64,000 nt of DNA from contig CAYUSN010000001.1 in assembly GCA_964447415.1 (NCBI GenBank), forward strand, positions 185,727 through 249,726, written 5' to 3'. The position numbers and the translations under genes were made by a program. This DNA comes from an uncultured Candidatus Saccharibacteria bacterium (lineage in GTDB: Bacteria > Patescibacteriota > Minisyncoccia > Phycocordibacterales > EsbW-18). The notes beneath the pieces were generated by a model. That model was not told where the DNA came from, did not search any database, and saw nothing but the letters and a program-made list of their open reading frames with translations. Below, one piece after another: positions 1-8,290 of the stretch (position 1 is its first letter; the number at the start of each line of letters is the position of its first letter).

Positions 1-10
1 ACACCGTCGC

Positions 11-418
11 TTGCACTTGCATAACTTTTCTATGGACCAACCATCACAATTAAAAATTCTCATGGTCGACGATGACCAGTTTCTTATCTCGCTGTACAAG
101 AAAAAAGGGGAGACGAGCGGTATTGAATTGCGGACCGCAACGTCGGGACAGGAGGCACTCGATATTCTGAAAAGCGGATTTGCACCTGATGTGGTGGCGC
201 TTGATATCACGATGGCGGGGATGAGCGGTATTGATGTGCTCAAGTACATGCGTTCAAACAAACTCGCGCCGGAGGCAAGCGTGGCCATTCTTTCCAACAC
301 CGCCGACGAGACCGTGATGAACGAGGCGAAGTCGCTCGGTGCGGACAAATTTATCTTCAAGGCGTCACTTCTGCCGTCGCAGGTGTTTGACGAACTGCTC
401 TCGATTGTGAAGAAATAA
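11..418 (+). CDS. Response regulator receiver-domain protein (stand-alone CheY-like)
   Basis: ORF track translation with LIMVDDD...DVVALDITMAGMSGIDVLKYMR receiver motifs (phospho-acceptor Asp context); followed by a hairpin terminator. Confidence 0.8.
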   Translation: MHLHNFSMDQPSQLKILMVDDDQFLISLYKKKGETSGIELRTATSGQEALDILKSGFAPDVVALDITMAGMSGIDVLKYMRSNKLAPEASVAILSNTADETVMNEAKSLGADKFIFKASLLPSQVFDELLSIVKK

Positions 419-440
419 CAACTGCTTGGAAAAAAGAAAC

Positions 441-476
441 GCCCCGCACGCAAATGCCGTGCGGGGCGTTTCGCGT
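441..476. terminator. GC-rich hairpin (cccgcacg...cgtgcgggg), likely bidirectional terminator between convergent genes
   Basis: Inverted repeat seen directly after the receiver gene stop and the convergent desaturase gene stop. Confidence 0.5.
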
Positions 477-487
477 GCGGGGCGGGG

Positions 488-1330
488 TCATTGCGCAACA
501 CTGCTCTTCGGTCGCCGTTTCTTGGCGCGAAGGGCGAGCTCGTCGAGCCACCCGATGAAGCGGGGCGTCGGCGGCGTAAACGTCGTCGGGATGGCAACGC
601 TTCCGTGCGGGTAGAGCGTCTCGGAGCGTACGTACGTGCCGAAGACCCAGTCGGGAATCGGCAGTCCGAAGAATCCGGAGACGGACTCATTGGACAGCAC
701 ATTGGCGTGGTGACGGAGATGAAATCCGTACACCTGCTTCCAGAACGCGCCGTACTTCGGGTGTTCCAGCAGCGGCAGCCACTTCTCAAGCGGTTTGTGC
801 TCGAGCATGTGGAAGATCTCGTACATGAGCATGTTGCAGGTGATTCCCACGATGCCCCCGAGGAACACGGGAGCCGACGGCAGGAGCCACTGCACCAGCG
901 CGTACACCGGAGAAAGTACGCCGGTGAGCACCACGAGTGTGTACCACGGGAAGAACGATGCTTCGTGCTGCGGATCCTCGAGGATGGGGTAGATGTTTTC
1001 CACCCGTCCTGCCTCCGTGGAGGAGACCACACGCTTCATGCGCACGCGCGTGAGCGCGTGGTGGAGCGTGTGCTGCCGATAGAAGTACGACAGGAAGGGG
1101 ACGAGCGGCGCGTGGAGCACGTAGCGGTGGAAGAAGAACTCCACGAAGGCGTTTGCGAAGACCGCGACGCATACCGCCGCAAGCTGCGCCCACCACACTG
1201 CTTCAAGCTGTGTGCGCCAGAAGTCCGGTGCGGCAAATGCCAGGAGCGTCAGCAGGAAAGCGAGTGAGAGCGTGTTGATGATGACAAAGATCGGCAGGGA
1301 AAATTTCCTGCCTGTGTATTCGCGAGGCAT
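488..1330 (-). CDS. Fatty acid hydroxylase / sterol desaturase superfamily membrane protein (His-box di-iron enzyme)
   Basis: His-box motifs HRYVLHAP, HxxHH (QHTLHH), HMLEHK/HLRHH in translation. Start moved to MPREYTG (codon counting from ORF 488..1513) with GGGAGG SD and upstream terminator hairpin. Confidence 0.6.
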   Translation of the reverse strand: MPREYTGRKFSLPIFVIINTLSLAFLLTLLAFAAPDFWRTQLEAVWWAQLAAVCVAVFANAFVEFFFHRYVLHAPLVPFLSYFYRQHTLHHALTRVRMKRVVSSTEAGRVENIYPILEDPQHEASFFPWYTLVVLTGVLSPVYALVQWLLPSAPVFLGGIVGITCNMLMYEIFHMLEHKPLEKWLPLLEHPKYGAFWKQVYGFHLRHHANVLSNESVSGFFGLPIPDWVFGTYVRSETLYPHGSVAIPTTFTPPTPRFIGWLDELALRAKKRRPKSSVAQ

Positions 1331-1439
1331 GGGAAACCTCCCTTTTTTCGCGAGCGCACTGTATGTGTGCAGGCGGGTCTGTATAGAGTGTACCACCAAG
1401 AAATACGAAACCCCGCACGCGAGAAGCCGTGCGGGGCAG

Positions 1440-1655
1440 CTACCAGACGTTGAGGATAATTCGTCCTTCGATGGTGACCTCTCTGGTTGCAAATGTCGCC
1501 GTTTCCTCCCCATTCTCTACCGTCCACGTCCCGTCGGATTCTCCGCGCAGTATTCCGAAGAATCGTGCACCAACGTGACCGGTGTCGTCGCAATTGAGGA
1601 CCTTGTAGAGAACCCGTTTCCCCACAAGGTCGGCAAGCATCTTCTCAATGTCCAT
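1440..1655 (-). CDS. Small protein with Sm-like (LSm/Hfq-like) sequence pattern, function unknown
   Basis: 71-aa ORF; N-terminal helix then beta-rich pattern (KRVLYKVLN...GARFFGIL...TWTVENGE...TREVTIEGRII) reminiscent of the Sm fold; followed by hairpin near 1408-1438. Confidence 0.35.
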   Translation of the reverse strand: MDIEKMLADLVGKRVLYKVLNCDDTGHVGARFFGILRGESDGTWTVENGEETATFATREVTIEGRIILNVW

Positions 1656-1759
1656 ACGGCCTCCGTTCTGTGGGTGCGTGTGTCTGAGTGCATCCTCTCA
1701 TATGGGGCACATAAAAGCGAATTCACGAATTCGATTGCCCCAAGTGGTATGATGACATC

Positions 1760-2206
1760 ATGGCTCCATTGGTACAGAACAAAAAAGCCCTGCGCGATTA
1801 CGCCGTTCTCGAAACCTTCGAGGCGGGTGTGGTGCTGTCGGGGCAGGAGGTGAAGTCGCTGCGCGGCGGACGCGGGGAGCTTTCGGGTGCGTACGTGGTG
1901 ATTCGCGGGGGCGAGGCGTATCTCGTCGGCGCAACCATTCCTCCGTATCAGCCGAACAACACTCCGAAAGACTACGAACCCGACCGGACGCGTAAACTGC
2001 TCTTATCAAAGAAAGAAATCCTCACACTGCTCAACGAGGGAGAGAAGGTGGGCTTGACAATTGTGCCTTTATCGGTGTATAATAGGAAACACAAGATAAA
2101 GATAGAAATCGCGCTTGTACGCGGAAGGAAAAAACACGACAAACGTGAGGCGCTTAAGAAGCGCGAGGCGCAGAAAGATATCAGACGTACTTTGAAAAGA
2201 GAATAG
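1760..2206 (+). CDS. smpB: SsrA-binding protein SmpB
   Basis: Full-length SmpB-like translation (ALRDYAVLETFEAGVVLSGQEVKSLR...KLLLSKKEI) with typical basic C-terminal tail; tmRNA gene lies immediately downstream. Confidence 0.9.
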   Translation: MAPLVQNKKALRDYAVLETFEAGVVLSGQEVKSLRGGRGELSGAYVVIRGGEAYLVGATIPPYQPNNTPKDYEPDRTRKLLLSKKEILTLLNEGEKVGLTIVPLSVYNRKHKIKIEIALVRGRKKHDKREALKKREAQKDIRRTLKRE

Positions 2207-2218
2207 AAGAGGCATTCG

Positions 2219-2321
2219 CCCAGCACTTATTTTGCTGAATATCGGAAAAAAAATTTTTCGTGCAGGTTTTTCATACTTCTCTGAATTGATACACAGAGAA
2301 AAATGCAAAATAAGTGCTGGG
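2219..2321. promoter_or_regulatory. Palindromic element A: 17-bp inverted arms (cccagcacttattttgc / gcaaaataagtgctggg) flanking ~68 nt; member of the CCAGCAC hairpin family; right arm abuts the tmRNA 5' end
   Basis: Perfect inverted repeat read directly; fills the smpB-ssrA spacer. Confidence 0.5.
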
Positions 2322-2704
2322 GGGATGCCTCGTTTCGACAATGTGATGACTGTGGTACGTGCGTTATGGAAGGGTGTCGCCTTCCTTAAAACGACACACA
2401 CATAACTGCAAAATCAGCAGTACAAAGTCCGTACTTTACAGCACGTGACTTCGCGTTCGCTCTTGCATAAAGACGCCTCGCGACATCTCGTTCGTCCCTG
2501 ATTGAGGGGCGGATGACGGTGTAAACCATTCAATCTTACGAACAGCGGACTGACTCCGACGCGGTTCGGACACTAAGCGGATCTGGCGCGCTTTCGTTTC
2601 GCACATCTTTTAGTGAGCGCGTGAGACTTCAAGATGACGCTAGATAACGTAGATTCGTACAACATCGCATATTGGACGTGGTTTCAACACCACCATCTCC
2701 ACCA
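2321..2704 (+). ncRNA. ssrA: tmRNA (transfer-messenger RNA, SsrA)
   Basis: 5' GGGGATG pairs with 3' CATCTCC followed by A-CCA (encoded CCA), including G3:U identity pair for Ala charging; T-arm-like GGTTTCAACACC before acceptor 3' strand; internal tag ORF GCA AAA ... CTT GCA TAA (predicted tag AKSAVQSPYFTARDFAFALA) ~87 nt from 5' end; adjacent to smpB; followed by intrinsic terminator. Confidence 0.8.
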
Positions 2705-2715
2705 TAAACAGAAAA

Positions 2716-2737
2716 AACCGCCTTCGGGCGGTTTTTT
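2716..2737 (+). terminator. Rho-independent terminator (accgccttcgggcggtttttt) after tmRNA
   Basis: GC stem with UUCG-like loop followed by T-run. Confidence 0.75.
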
Positions 2738-2799
2738 CGTTGACTTTTGGCGAACCAGGGACTAGAGTCTCACGCAGGTAACTTCCCAGAGGAGGGAGC

Positions 2800-3060
2800 A
2801 TGTTCCAAACCATCCTGTTGTGGGTAGGTGGGCTCGGCATCGGCATCTTCGCGTGGCTTCTGATGGAGCTGTACACCCCAGACTGGGTTTCCGACCGTGT
2901 GCTCGCAATCATCGCGGTCATCGTCTGGGTCGTGGTGGTGTGGTTCCAGCAGACCTCGGGAGCTCCACTCGGCGGATTCCTCGTGGTCTCCGGCATCTGC
3001 TGGTTCCTCGACCTGCTCGCGGGACTTTCGATATTTGTCATCGTCGGGGGCGATGACTAA
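2800..3060 (+). CDS. Small integral membrane protein (2-3 TM), hypothetical
   Basis: 86-aa ORF, GGAGGGA SD 6 nt upstream of ATG, hydrophobic segments; followed by hairpin terminator 3078-3113. Confidence 0.45.
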   Translation: MFQTILLWVGGLGIGIFAWLLMELYTPDWVSDRVLAIIAVIVWVVVVWFQQTSGAPLGGFLVVSGICWFLDLLAGLSIFVIVGGDD

Positions 3061-3158
3061 CCAGCGCAGTCCGCGTGCCGCGCCCGCCTTCGTACGAAGG
3101 CGGGCGCGTTTCATTTTCTCTTTATTCTTTTCGGTGCTCCCTATATACTGTACGGACT

Positions 3159-5069
3159 ATGACGGATTCTCCCCGCAAAAGAGGGCCCGGACAGGGCATG
3201 CCGAAAATACCGCTTACGCCGAAGCGTTCATTTTGGACGAATGTCGGCTTCACTATTCTTCTGTTTTTACTTCTGTCGCTTCTGTACTCGGGCTTTTCAG
3301 ATATACAAAAGTCGGAAGAAATTCCCGTGTCACGCCTTGCCGCTGATGTGGTTGCGGGTACGGTGACGACAATTACCGTGCGCGGAGACAAGCTTGAAGT
3401 TACGTATACCGATGAGACGGTAAAACTTTCACAGAAAGAAACAGACGTATCGCTTGCCGAGACGCTTGCTTCATACGGTGTGACGCAGGAACAACTCGCA
3501 AGCACGTCTATTGCGATACAAAGCGAATCAGGGTTCTGGTATTGGATGCTTAATCTCGCGCCGATTATTATTCCGGTGCTGTTTATTGTATTTCTCATCT
3601 GGATGCTCTCACGGCAGGTAAAAGGTGCGGGTATGCAGGCGCTGAACTTCGGACAGTCGCGTGCGCGGTTCTTTGACCCGAAGGATAAACAAAAAGTGAC
3701 GTTCAAAGACGTTGCGGGTGTCAAAGAAGCGAAAGAAGAACTGCTTGAAATCGTGGACTTCCTCAAAAATCCGAAAAAGTTTCTCAAAATCGGCGCGCAG
3801 ATTCCGAAGGGCGTGCTGTTGATGGGTTCTCCGGGGACGGGGAAGACCCTGTTGGCGCGCGCGGTTGCAGGCGAAGCCAATGTGCCGTTTTTCTCCATCT
3901 CAGGTTCTGAGTTTGTGGAGATGTTTGTCGGTGTGGGCGCGTCGCGCGTGCGCGACTTGTTTCAGACGGTCAAAAAGGCCGCGCCCGCCATCATTTTTAT
4001 AGACGAGATTGACGCGGTCGGTCGCGTGCGCGGTGCGGGACTGGGAGGCGGCAACGACGAGCGCGAACAGACACTCAACCAGATTCTTGTGGAGATGGAC
4101 GGGTTTGAACCGCATCAGGAAGTCATTGTGATGGCGGCGACAAACCGTCCCGATGTGCTGGACCCGGCGCTGTTGCGCCCCGGACGCTTTGACCGGCGCG
4201 TACGCTTGGATTTGCCCGACCGCGCGGACCGCGAGGCGATTCTTGCCGTGCACTCAAAAGAAAAACCGCTCGCCGAAGACGTGAATCTCAAAGTGGTTGC
4301 GGAGCGTACGCCCGGATTCTCAGGGGCTGACCTGCAGTCGCTTACCAATGAAGCGGCGATTTTGGCGGCACGCGAAAACCGCAGTAAGGTGTCGCAATTT
4401 GATTTGGTGCGCTCCATTGAAAAAGTAATGCTCGGACCGGAACGCAGAAGCCACATTCTCTCTGAACGCGAGAAAAAAATCACTGCATACCACGAAGCGG
4501 GACATGCACTCGTTGCATCCGTCCTGCCGAATGCCGACCCGATACATAAAGTATCCATCATCGCGCGCGGCCACGCCGGCGGCTACACGCTCTCGTTGCC
4601 GCTTGAAGAGAAGCGTCTGCTTTCCAAAAAAGAATTCGTCGATCGTTTGGCGATGATTCTTGGCGGATACGCTGCTGAGCAGGAAATTTTCGGCGATGTG
4701 ACAACGGGTCCGTCCAATGATTTACAGGTAGCAAGTGCTCTTGCGCGCGACATGGTTGCTCGCTACGGCATGTCGAAAAAAGTCGGGCCGGTGGCGTTCC
4801 ATGATGACGAAGTACACGCGGCTGCAGGCGGTATGATTGTAGAGGGCAAGGAGTACTCGGAGAAAGTCGCGGCTCTTATTGACGAAGAGGTCCGTGAGTT
4901 TGTGGACACCGCGCTTTCGGAGGCGACGGCAGTTCTCAAAAAACACCGTCCGGCGCTCGAGGCGATTGTGGCGCACTTGCTTGAGAAAGAAACCATCGAG
5001 CAAATCGAGTTTGAGGCGCTTTTGCGCGCGCACGGGATTGCCGTGAAAAGCGTGGAGAAGAAGGTATAA
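3159..5069 (+). CDS. ftsH: ATP-dependent zinc metalloprotease FtsH
   Basis: N-terminal TM helices, AAA+ Walker A GSPGTGKT, Walker [12 protein letters not shown], zinc motif HEAGHAL; start moved to MTDSPRKRG (ORF-track start overlaps upstream terminator hairpin). Confidence 0.9.
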   Translation: MTDSPRKRGPGQGMPKIPLTPKRSFWTNVGFTILLFLLLSLLYSGFSDIQKSEEIPVSRLAADVVAGTVTTITVRGDKLEVTYTDETVKLSQKETDVSLAETLASYGVTQEQLASTSIAIQSESGFWYWMLNLAPIIIPVLFIVFLIWMLSRQVKGAGMQALNFGQSRARFFDPKDKQKVTFKDVAGVKEAKEELLEIVDFLKNPKKFLKIGAQIPKGVLLMGSPGTGKTLLARAVAGEANVPFFSISGSEFVEMFVGVGASRVRDLFQTVKKAAPAIIFIDEIDAVGRVRGAGLGGGNDEREQTLNQILVEMDGFEPHQEVIVMAATNRPDVLDPALLRPGRFDRRVRLDLPDRADREAILAVHSKEKPLAEDVNLKVVAERTPGFSGADLQSLTNEAAILAARENRSKVSQFDLVRSIEKVMLGPERRSHILSEREKKITAYHEAGHALVASVLPNADPIHKVSIIARGHAGGYTLSLPLEEKRLLSKKEFVDRLAMILGGYAAEQEIFGDVTTGPSNDLQVASALARDMVARYGMSKKVGPVAFHDDEVHAAAGGMIVEGKEYSEKVAALIDEEVREFVDTALSEATAVLKKHRPALEAIVAHLLEKETIEQIEFEALLRAHGIAVKSVEKKV

Positions 5070-5103
5070 TAAGTCTCATATTATTTCATAACCTAAATAC
5101 CCT

Positions 5104-5454
5104 ATGTTTGAAATCTTTAAAAGACGAAGTGATGAAGGAATTACCGCAAAAGATGTAGTACCCGAAATTGCAACACCGCAGGAGCCGGTACGGGCAGAAG
5201 GCGAACGTTTCGGACGCATTAAGGCGGGTATAGAAAAAATTATGGAAGACGGGCCCGGTTTTTCAGTGCAAGACATGCTCGGGCGCCAGGACTTTTTTGC
5301 GGAGAAGCTTGTTGAAAACAAAATACTTTCTCCGCAAGATATCGGATTCCCCGGAATTATGAATGAAATTGTAGAAGCTGCCCGTGAAGTTTCTAAAGGG
5401 GGTGTTGAAAGTGTTGGCCGTGACCCGAACTGGAAAAAGGAAAAATCCGCGTAG
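5104..5454 (+). CDS. Hypothetical protein
   Basis: 116-aa ORF directly after ftsH; no recognisable motifs. Confidence 0.4.
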   Translation: MFEIFKRRSDEGITAKDVVPEIATPQEPVRAEGERFGRIKAGIEKIMEDGPGFSVQDMLGRQDFFAEKLVENKILSPQDIGFPGIMNEIVEAAREVSKGGVESVGRDPNWKKEKSA

Positions 5455-5525
5455 TTATTGACTTTTTTGGAACAATCTGGTACATTTGCAACCAGTAGCG
5501 GTACCTTACCCTCATGAGGTGAACT

Positions 5526-5789
5526 ATGGCTCTCGGTGCCAAATCGGACCGTCGTGGCCTTCACCTTGTGAAGGCCGGCAGTTTCCTGCTCCAAAACCCG
5601 TTGTCGCCGGATGCCCAGAAGGTTCGAAGGGCACTCAACCGGTTCGGCGTTACCACGGAGGACATGCGCCAAGCATATCTCGTTCTTCTCGAACTGGATT
5701 GCCTGCCGGACGGATCGGCGGAACGGTTCCTTTTCGGAGGTCTTCGCGAACTCGAAGAGAGAGCCGGTGGCCACATCGTGGAGCTCTGA
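5526..5789 (+). CDS. Hypothetical protein (GC-rich ORFan)
   Basis: 87-aa ORF with GAGGTGA SD; high GC3 codon usage distinct from flanking genes; preferred over overlapping Arg/Ser-rich 5486..5809 frame. Confidence 0.35.
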   Translation: MALGAKSDRRGLHLVKAGSFLLQNPLSPDAQKVRRALNRFGVTTEDMRQAYLVLLELDCLPDGSAERFLFGGLRELEERAGGHIVEL

Positions 5790-5842
5790 GGAGCTCCGAC
5801 ACGCAGTAAAGCAGGCGATTCCATCGCCTGCTGCATCATTTC

Positions 5843-6157
5843 ATGACCACCCCTAAAAAATTTCAACGCACAAAGGAGGACTTCACCTGCGGAGAGTGCG
5901 GTTTTTTTGTACACGGAAACGGATACACCAACCACTGCCCGAAATGTCTCTGGAGCAAACATGTGGACGTGCGTCCCGGTGATCGGCGTGCAACATGCCA
6001 CGGACTTATGGAACCCGTCAGTGTGGAACTCCGCGGAGGAGACCATGTGATTGTACACCGATGTGTCCGCTGCGGTTTTGAAAAACGAAACAAGACGGAA
6101 AAGGGTGATGATTTCAACGTCATCGTGCAGCTTTCAAGCAACCCGACAAAACACTAA
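5843..6157 (+). CDS. RNHCP-domain zinc-ribbon protein
   Basis: CGECG...NHCPKC...CVRCG Cys clusters matching the RNHCP domain signature. Confidence 0.6.
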   Translation: MTTPKKFQRTKEDFTCGECGFFVHGNGYTNHCPKCLWSKHVDVRPGDRRATCHGLMEPVSVELRGGDHVIVHRCVRCGFEKRNKTEKGDDFNVIVQLSSNPTKH

Positions 6158-6159
6158 TA

Positions 6160-7347
6160 CTAGTGTGCCTCCGCTTGTATGATGCGGTCCAGTGCTACAA
6201 GCGCGGAGATGTTGTGCTGTACGTAGTCAATGCGGATGTCGTACTCATCAAGACTTTCGTGAAATCCGCCGAAGCCCGCGCGCGCGGCGTTTAGCTCACG
6301 GAGTTTTTGTCCGGTGAACTGCGTCTTTATTTGAAATACAGCGGCACTTTCCATGGCAAAGCGCGCGGCGGCGGCGTAGAGGTCGTCGCCGTTTCTTTTG
6401 AAAATATAATATGCGGCGCCGAGTCCTTCCGCGCGCGTGGCGGTCGGTGTGGAGCGCGGAGGATTGTAAAATCCGCCGTTCCAGTCACGTTGATCACCCG
6501 TTTTTCCCGAGTGCTGGGTCGAGAGGATAGATTCGGCGGTCCGTTTTGCGTGCGTGAAATAGAGGTCTTCCGGCTGATGCGCGTACAGTTCATTGAGTGC
6601 GTAGAGAAGCCAGTGGTCGTGGATGAGATCTTTCGTCGGCACGTCTTTGTCGCGCACTTCAATGAGCCAATGTGCGCCGAGATGCGCCGCGTCAATCCAC
6701 TGTTCGTCGCCGTCCACCGCATAGAGGCGCGCAAGCGCGAACAGCGCCTCGCCCGGATAGTATTCCGATTCAAAATCGGTGCGCGCGCCGGTGTCCGCGG
6801 TGATTTTATGCACCGAAAACTCGCCGTTGTGTGTTTGTACGTTCGTCAGGAATGTCGCAAGTTTTTGTGCAAGCGATACGTACTCCGATGCGGCATCCGG
6901 CGCGCCGAGAGCGCGCATCAGCGCGGCGTACTTGGAGAGCGCAAGCACCGCAAGCGCATTACCGCCGAGTTTTATTTCATTGTCTTCTTCAACGCACAGC
7001 GCGTCGGACATGCCGGGACACTCAACCACATGGTCGGTGAGAAATACCAACGCGCGCTCCGCCGCCCGCAGATACTTTTGTTTACCGGTCGCTTCGTAGA
7101 GTTCAAGAAGCGCGTAGGTCGTGCCCGCGTGACGAAGGATGTTGTATGAAGAGGAAGTTTTTCCGGTGACGGGATTGTACTGATACACAAACGAACCGTC
7201 AGTATTCGTGTGGCGTACGAGATAGTCGCCACCGAGTTGTGCTGATCTCAAGTAGGTACTCTCACGCGCGGAAAACCACCACACACCTGCAGAAAGCAGG
7301 AGAACGCCGACAACAATCAGTGCTATACCACGCTGTTTTTTCATCAT
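6160..7347 (-). CDS. Membrane-anchored prenyltransferase/squalene-cyclase-like alpha/alpha-toroid repeat protein
   Basis: N-terminal TM anchor (IALIVVGVLLLSAGVWWF); repeated TDGSF / HNGEF / GDQRDWNGGF motifs typical of terpene cyclase/prenyltransferase repeats; start moved to MMKKQ so as not to overlap the adjacent tRNA. Confidence 0.55.
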   Translation of the reverse strand: MMKKQRGIALIVVGVLLLSAGVWWFSARESTYLRSAQLGGDYLVRHTNTDGSFVYQYNPVTGKTSSSYNILRHAGTTYALLELYEATGKQKYLRAAERALVFLTDHVVECPGMSDALCVEEDNEIKLGGNALAVLALSKYAALMRALGAPDAASEYVSLAQKLATFLTNVQTHNGEFSVHKITADTGARTDFESEYYPGEALFALARLYAVDGDEQWIDAAHLGAHWLIEVRDKDVPTKDLIHDHWLLYALNELYAHQPEDLYFTHAKRTAESILSTQHSGKTGDQRDWNGGFYNPPRSTPTATRAEGLGAAYYIFKRNGDDLYAAAARFAMESAAVFQIKTQFTGQKLRELNAARAGFGGFHESLDEYDIRIDYVQHNISALVALDRIIQAEAH

Positions 7348-7352
7348 ATATG

Positions 7353-7424
7353 TGGGCATGCTAGGATTCGAACCTAGAACCGGCCGTGTATAAGACGGCT
7401 GCTCTACCGTTGAGCTACATGCCC
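7353..7424 (-). tRNA. tRNA with anticodon UAU (AUA-decoding isoleucine-type tRNA)
   Basis: Manual fold of reverse strand: acceptor GGGCATG/CATGCCC, D-arm GCTC-AACGGTA-GAGC, anticodon stem GCCGT/ACGGC with loop CTTATAC (U33-UAU-A37), T-arm CTAGG-TTCGAAT-CCTAG, discriminator A; CCA not encoded. Confidence 0.65.
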
Positions 7425-7480
7425 GAAGATACCTACGTCATTGTGATATCGCCGGCACTTAATTGCAACTTGAGAGGCGC

Positions 7481-7508
7481 AAAAAATCCCCAGGTATCGG
7501 GGATTTTT
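7481..7508. terminator. Bidirectional intrinsic terminator (aaaaatccccaggtatcggggatttttt)
   Basis: Stem flanked by A-run and T-run. Confidence 0.6.
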
Positions 7509-7511
7509 TGT

Positions 7512-7634
7512 GCTACATTTTCTTGTTCTTCTGAATCCAAACCCAGAGTGCGTAGCCGACAAGCGCGAGGTCGACGAACACAAGTAGCTGCATGAGCCAC
7601 ATGAACCCGTAGCTGCCCCCAAAGTATCCCATCA
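7512..7634 (-). CDS. Putative 40-aa hydrophobic micro-protein (MMGYFGGSYGFMWLMQLLVFVDLALVGYALWVWIQKNKKM)
   Basis: Below ORF-track cutoff; found by manual translation of minus strand between terminator and hairpin B; single TM-like helix; no SD. Confidence 0.25.
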
Positions 7635-7661
7635 TAGGTAGTGTGTGTTAAAAGGGGTAAA

Positions 7662-7684
7662 CCCAGCACTTTAACAAAGTGCTG
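7662..7684. promoter_or_regulatory. Palindromic element B (ccagcacttt-aac-aaagtgctgg) upstream of the ECF sigma factor gene
   Basis: Perfect 10-bp inverted repeat with CCAGCAC core, 64 nt before the sigma-factor ATG. Confidence 0.45.
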
Positions 7685-7747
7685 GACACGCGACCTTTCT
7701 GTTCCCATTCTAGCGTAACCTTTGTACAATAGGAACACATTCTCCAT

Positions 7748-8290
7748 ATGAACGTTCCATTACAATGGCAAAAAGGACTCCGGGACGCCCTCGTCCGAGC
7801 CGGGCAGGGAGATGAAGGCGCGTATCGTGCGGTGTATGACCACCTCATTGACCGCGTGTTTACCTTTGTCCGAGCCCGAGCCCGTTCACGTGAGGAAGCA
7901 ATCGACATCGTTCAAGATGTGTTTGTTGACCTCTGGGGGGCACTGCCGAATTTCCGGTATATGTCAGATGCGCATTTTTACAGTTTCGTTTTTACTATTG
8001 CGAAACGAAAGCTCATCCGGCACTACAACACGCGTACGCACGATTCACTCGATGATATCGATATACACGTTCATCCGAGTGTTGATGCGGACGTGCGCGA
8101 CCCGGACGGCGTGCGTGTGCTAGTAGCACAACTGCCTGAAAAATACCGCGACGTGGTGGAATTGCGTTACTGGTCAGGTCTCTCGTTTGCCGAAATCGGG
8201 CAACAGTTGGGACTTACCGAGAACAACGCGAAGGTTCGCCATCACCGTGCTATGAAGGAATTGGAACGTCTTATACACAACCATGCGTAA
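7748..8290 (+). CDS. ECF-type RNA polymerase sigma factor (sigma-70 regions 2 and 4)
   Basis: Region 2 (IDIVQDVFVDLW) and region 4 HTH (LSFAEIGQQLGLTENNAKVRHHRAMKEL); stop overlaps start of downstream membrane protein. Confidence 0.8.
   Translation: MNVPLQWQKGLRDALVRAGQGDEGAYRAVYDHLIDRVFTFVRARARSREEAIDIVQDVFVDLWGALPNFRYMSDAHFYSFVFTIAKRKLIRHYNTRTHDSLDDIDIHVHPSVDADVRDPDGVRVLVAQLPEKYRDVVELRYWSGLSFAEIGQQLGLTENNAKVRHHRAMKELERLIHNHA

Noticed and set aside
491-1267. 258-aa plus-strand ORF antisense to the desaturase gene
   Set aside because: Arg/Glu-rich low-complexity translation typical of antisense frames in GC-rich coding DNA; the minus-strand frame has clear His-box motifs.
2069-3041. Minus-strand ORFs 2069..2401 and 2640..3041 overlapping the tmRNA gene and terminator
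   Set aside because: They run through a well-supported tmRNA (acceptor/T-arm pairing, tag ORF, terminator); translations are low-complexity.
3075-3158. ORF-track N-terminal extension of ftsH starting at 3075
   Set aside because: The extension overlaps the hairpin terminator of the upstream gene; first plausible start is MTDSPRKRG at 3159.
3122-4561. Minus-strand ORFs (3122..3898, 3900..4253, 4115..4561) inside ftsH
   Set aside because: Antisense to an unambiguous FtsH reading frame; Ser/Arg-rich translations.
5486-5809. Alternative 107-aa ORF overlapping 5526..5789
   Set aside because: Translation is Arg/Ser/Pro-rich (RRSSRTRRESRWPHRGALRSS) and lacks an SD, whereas the 5526 frame has a GAGGTGA SD and protein-like composition.
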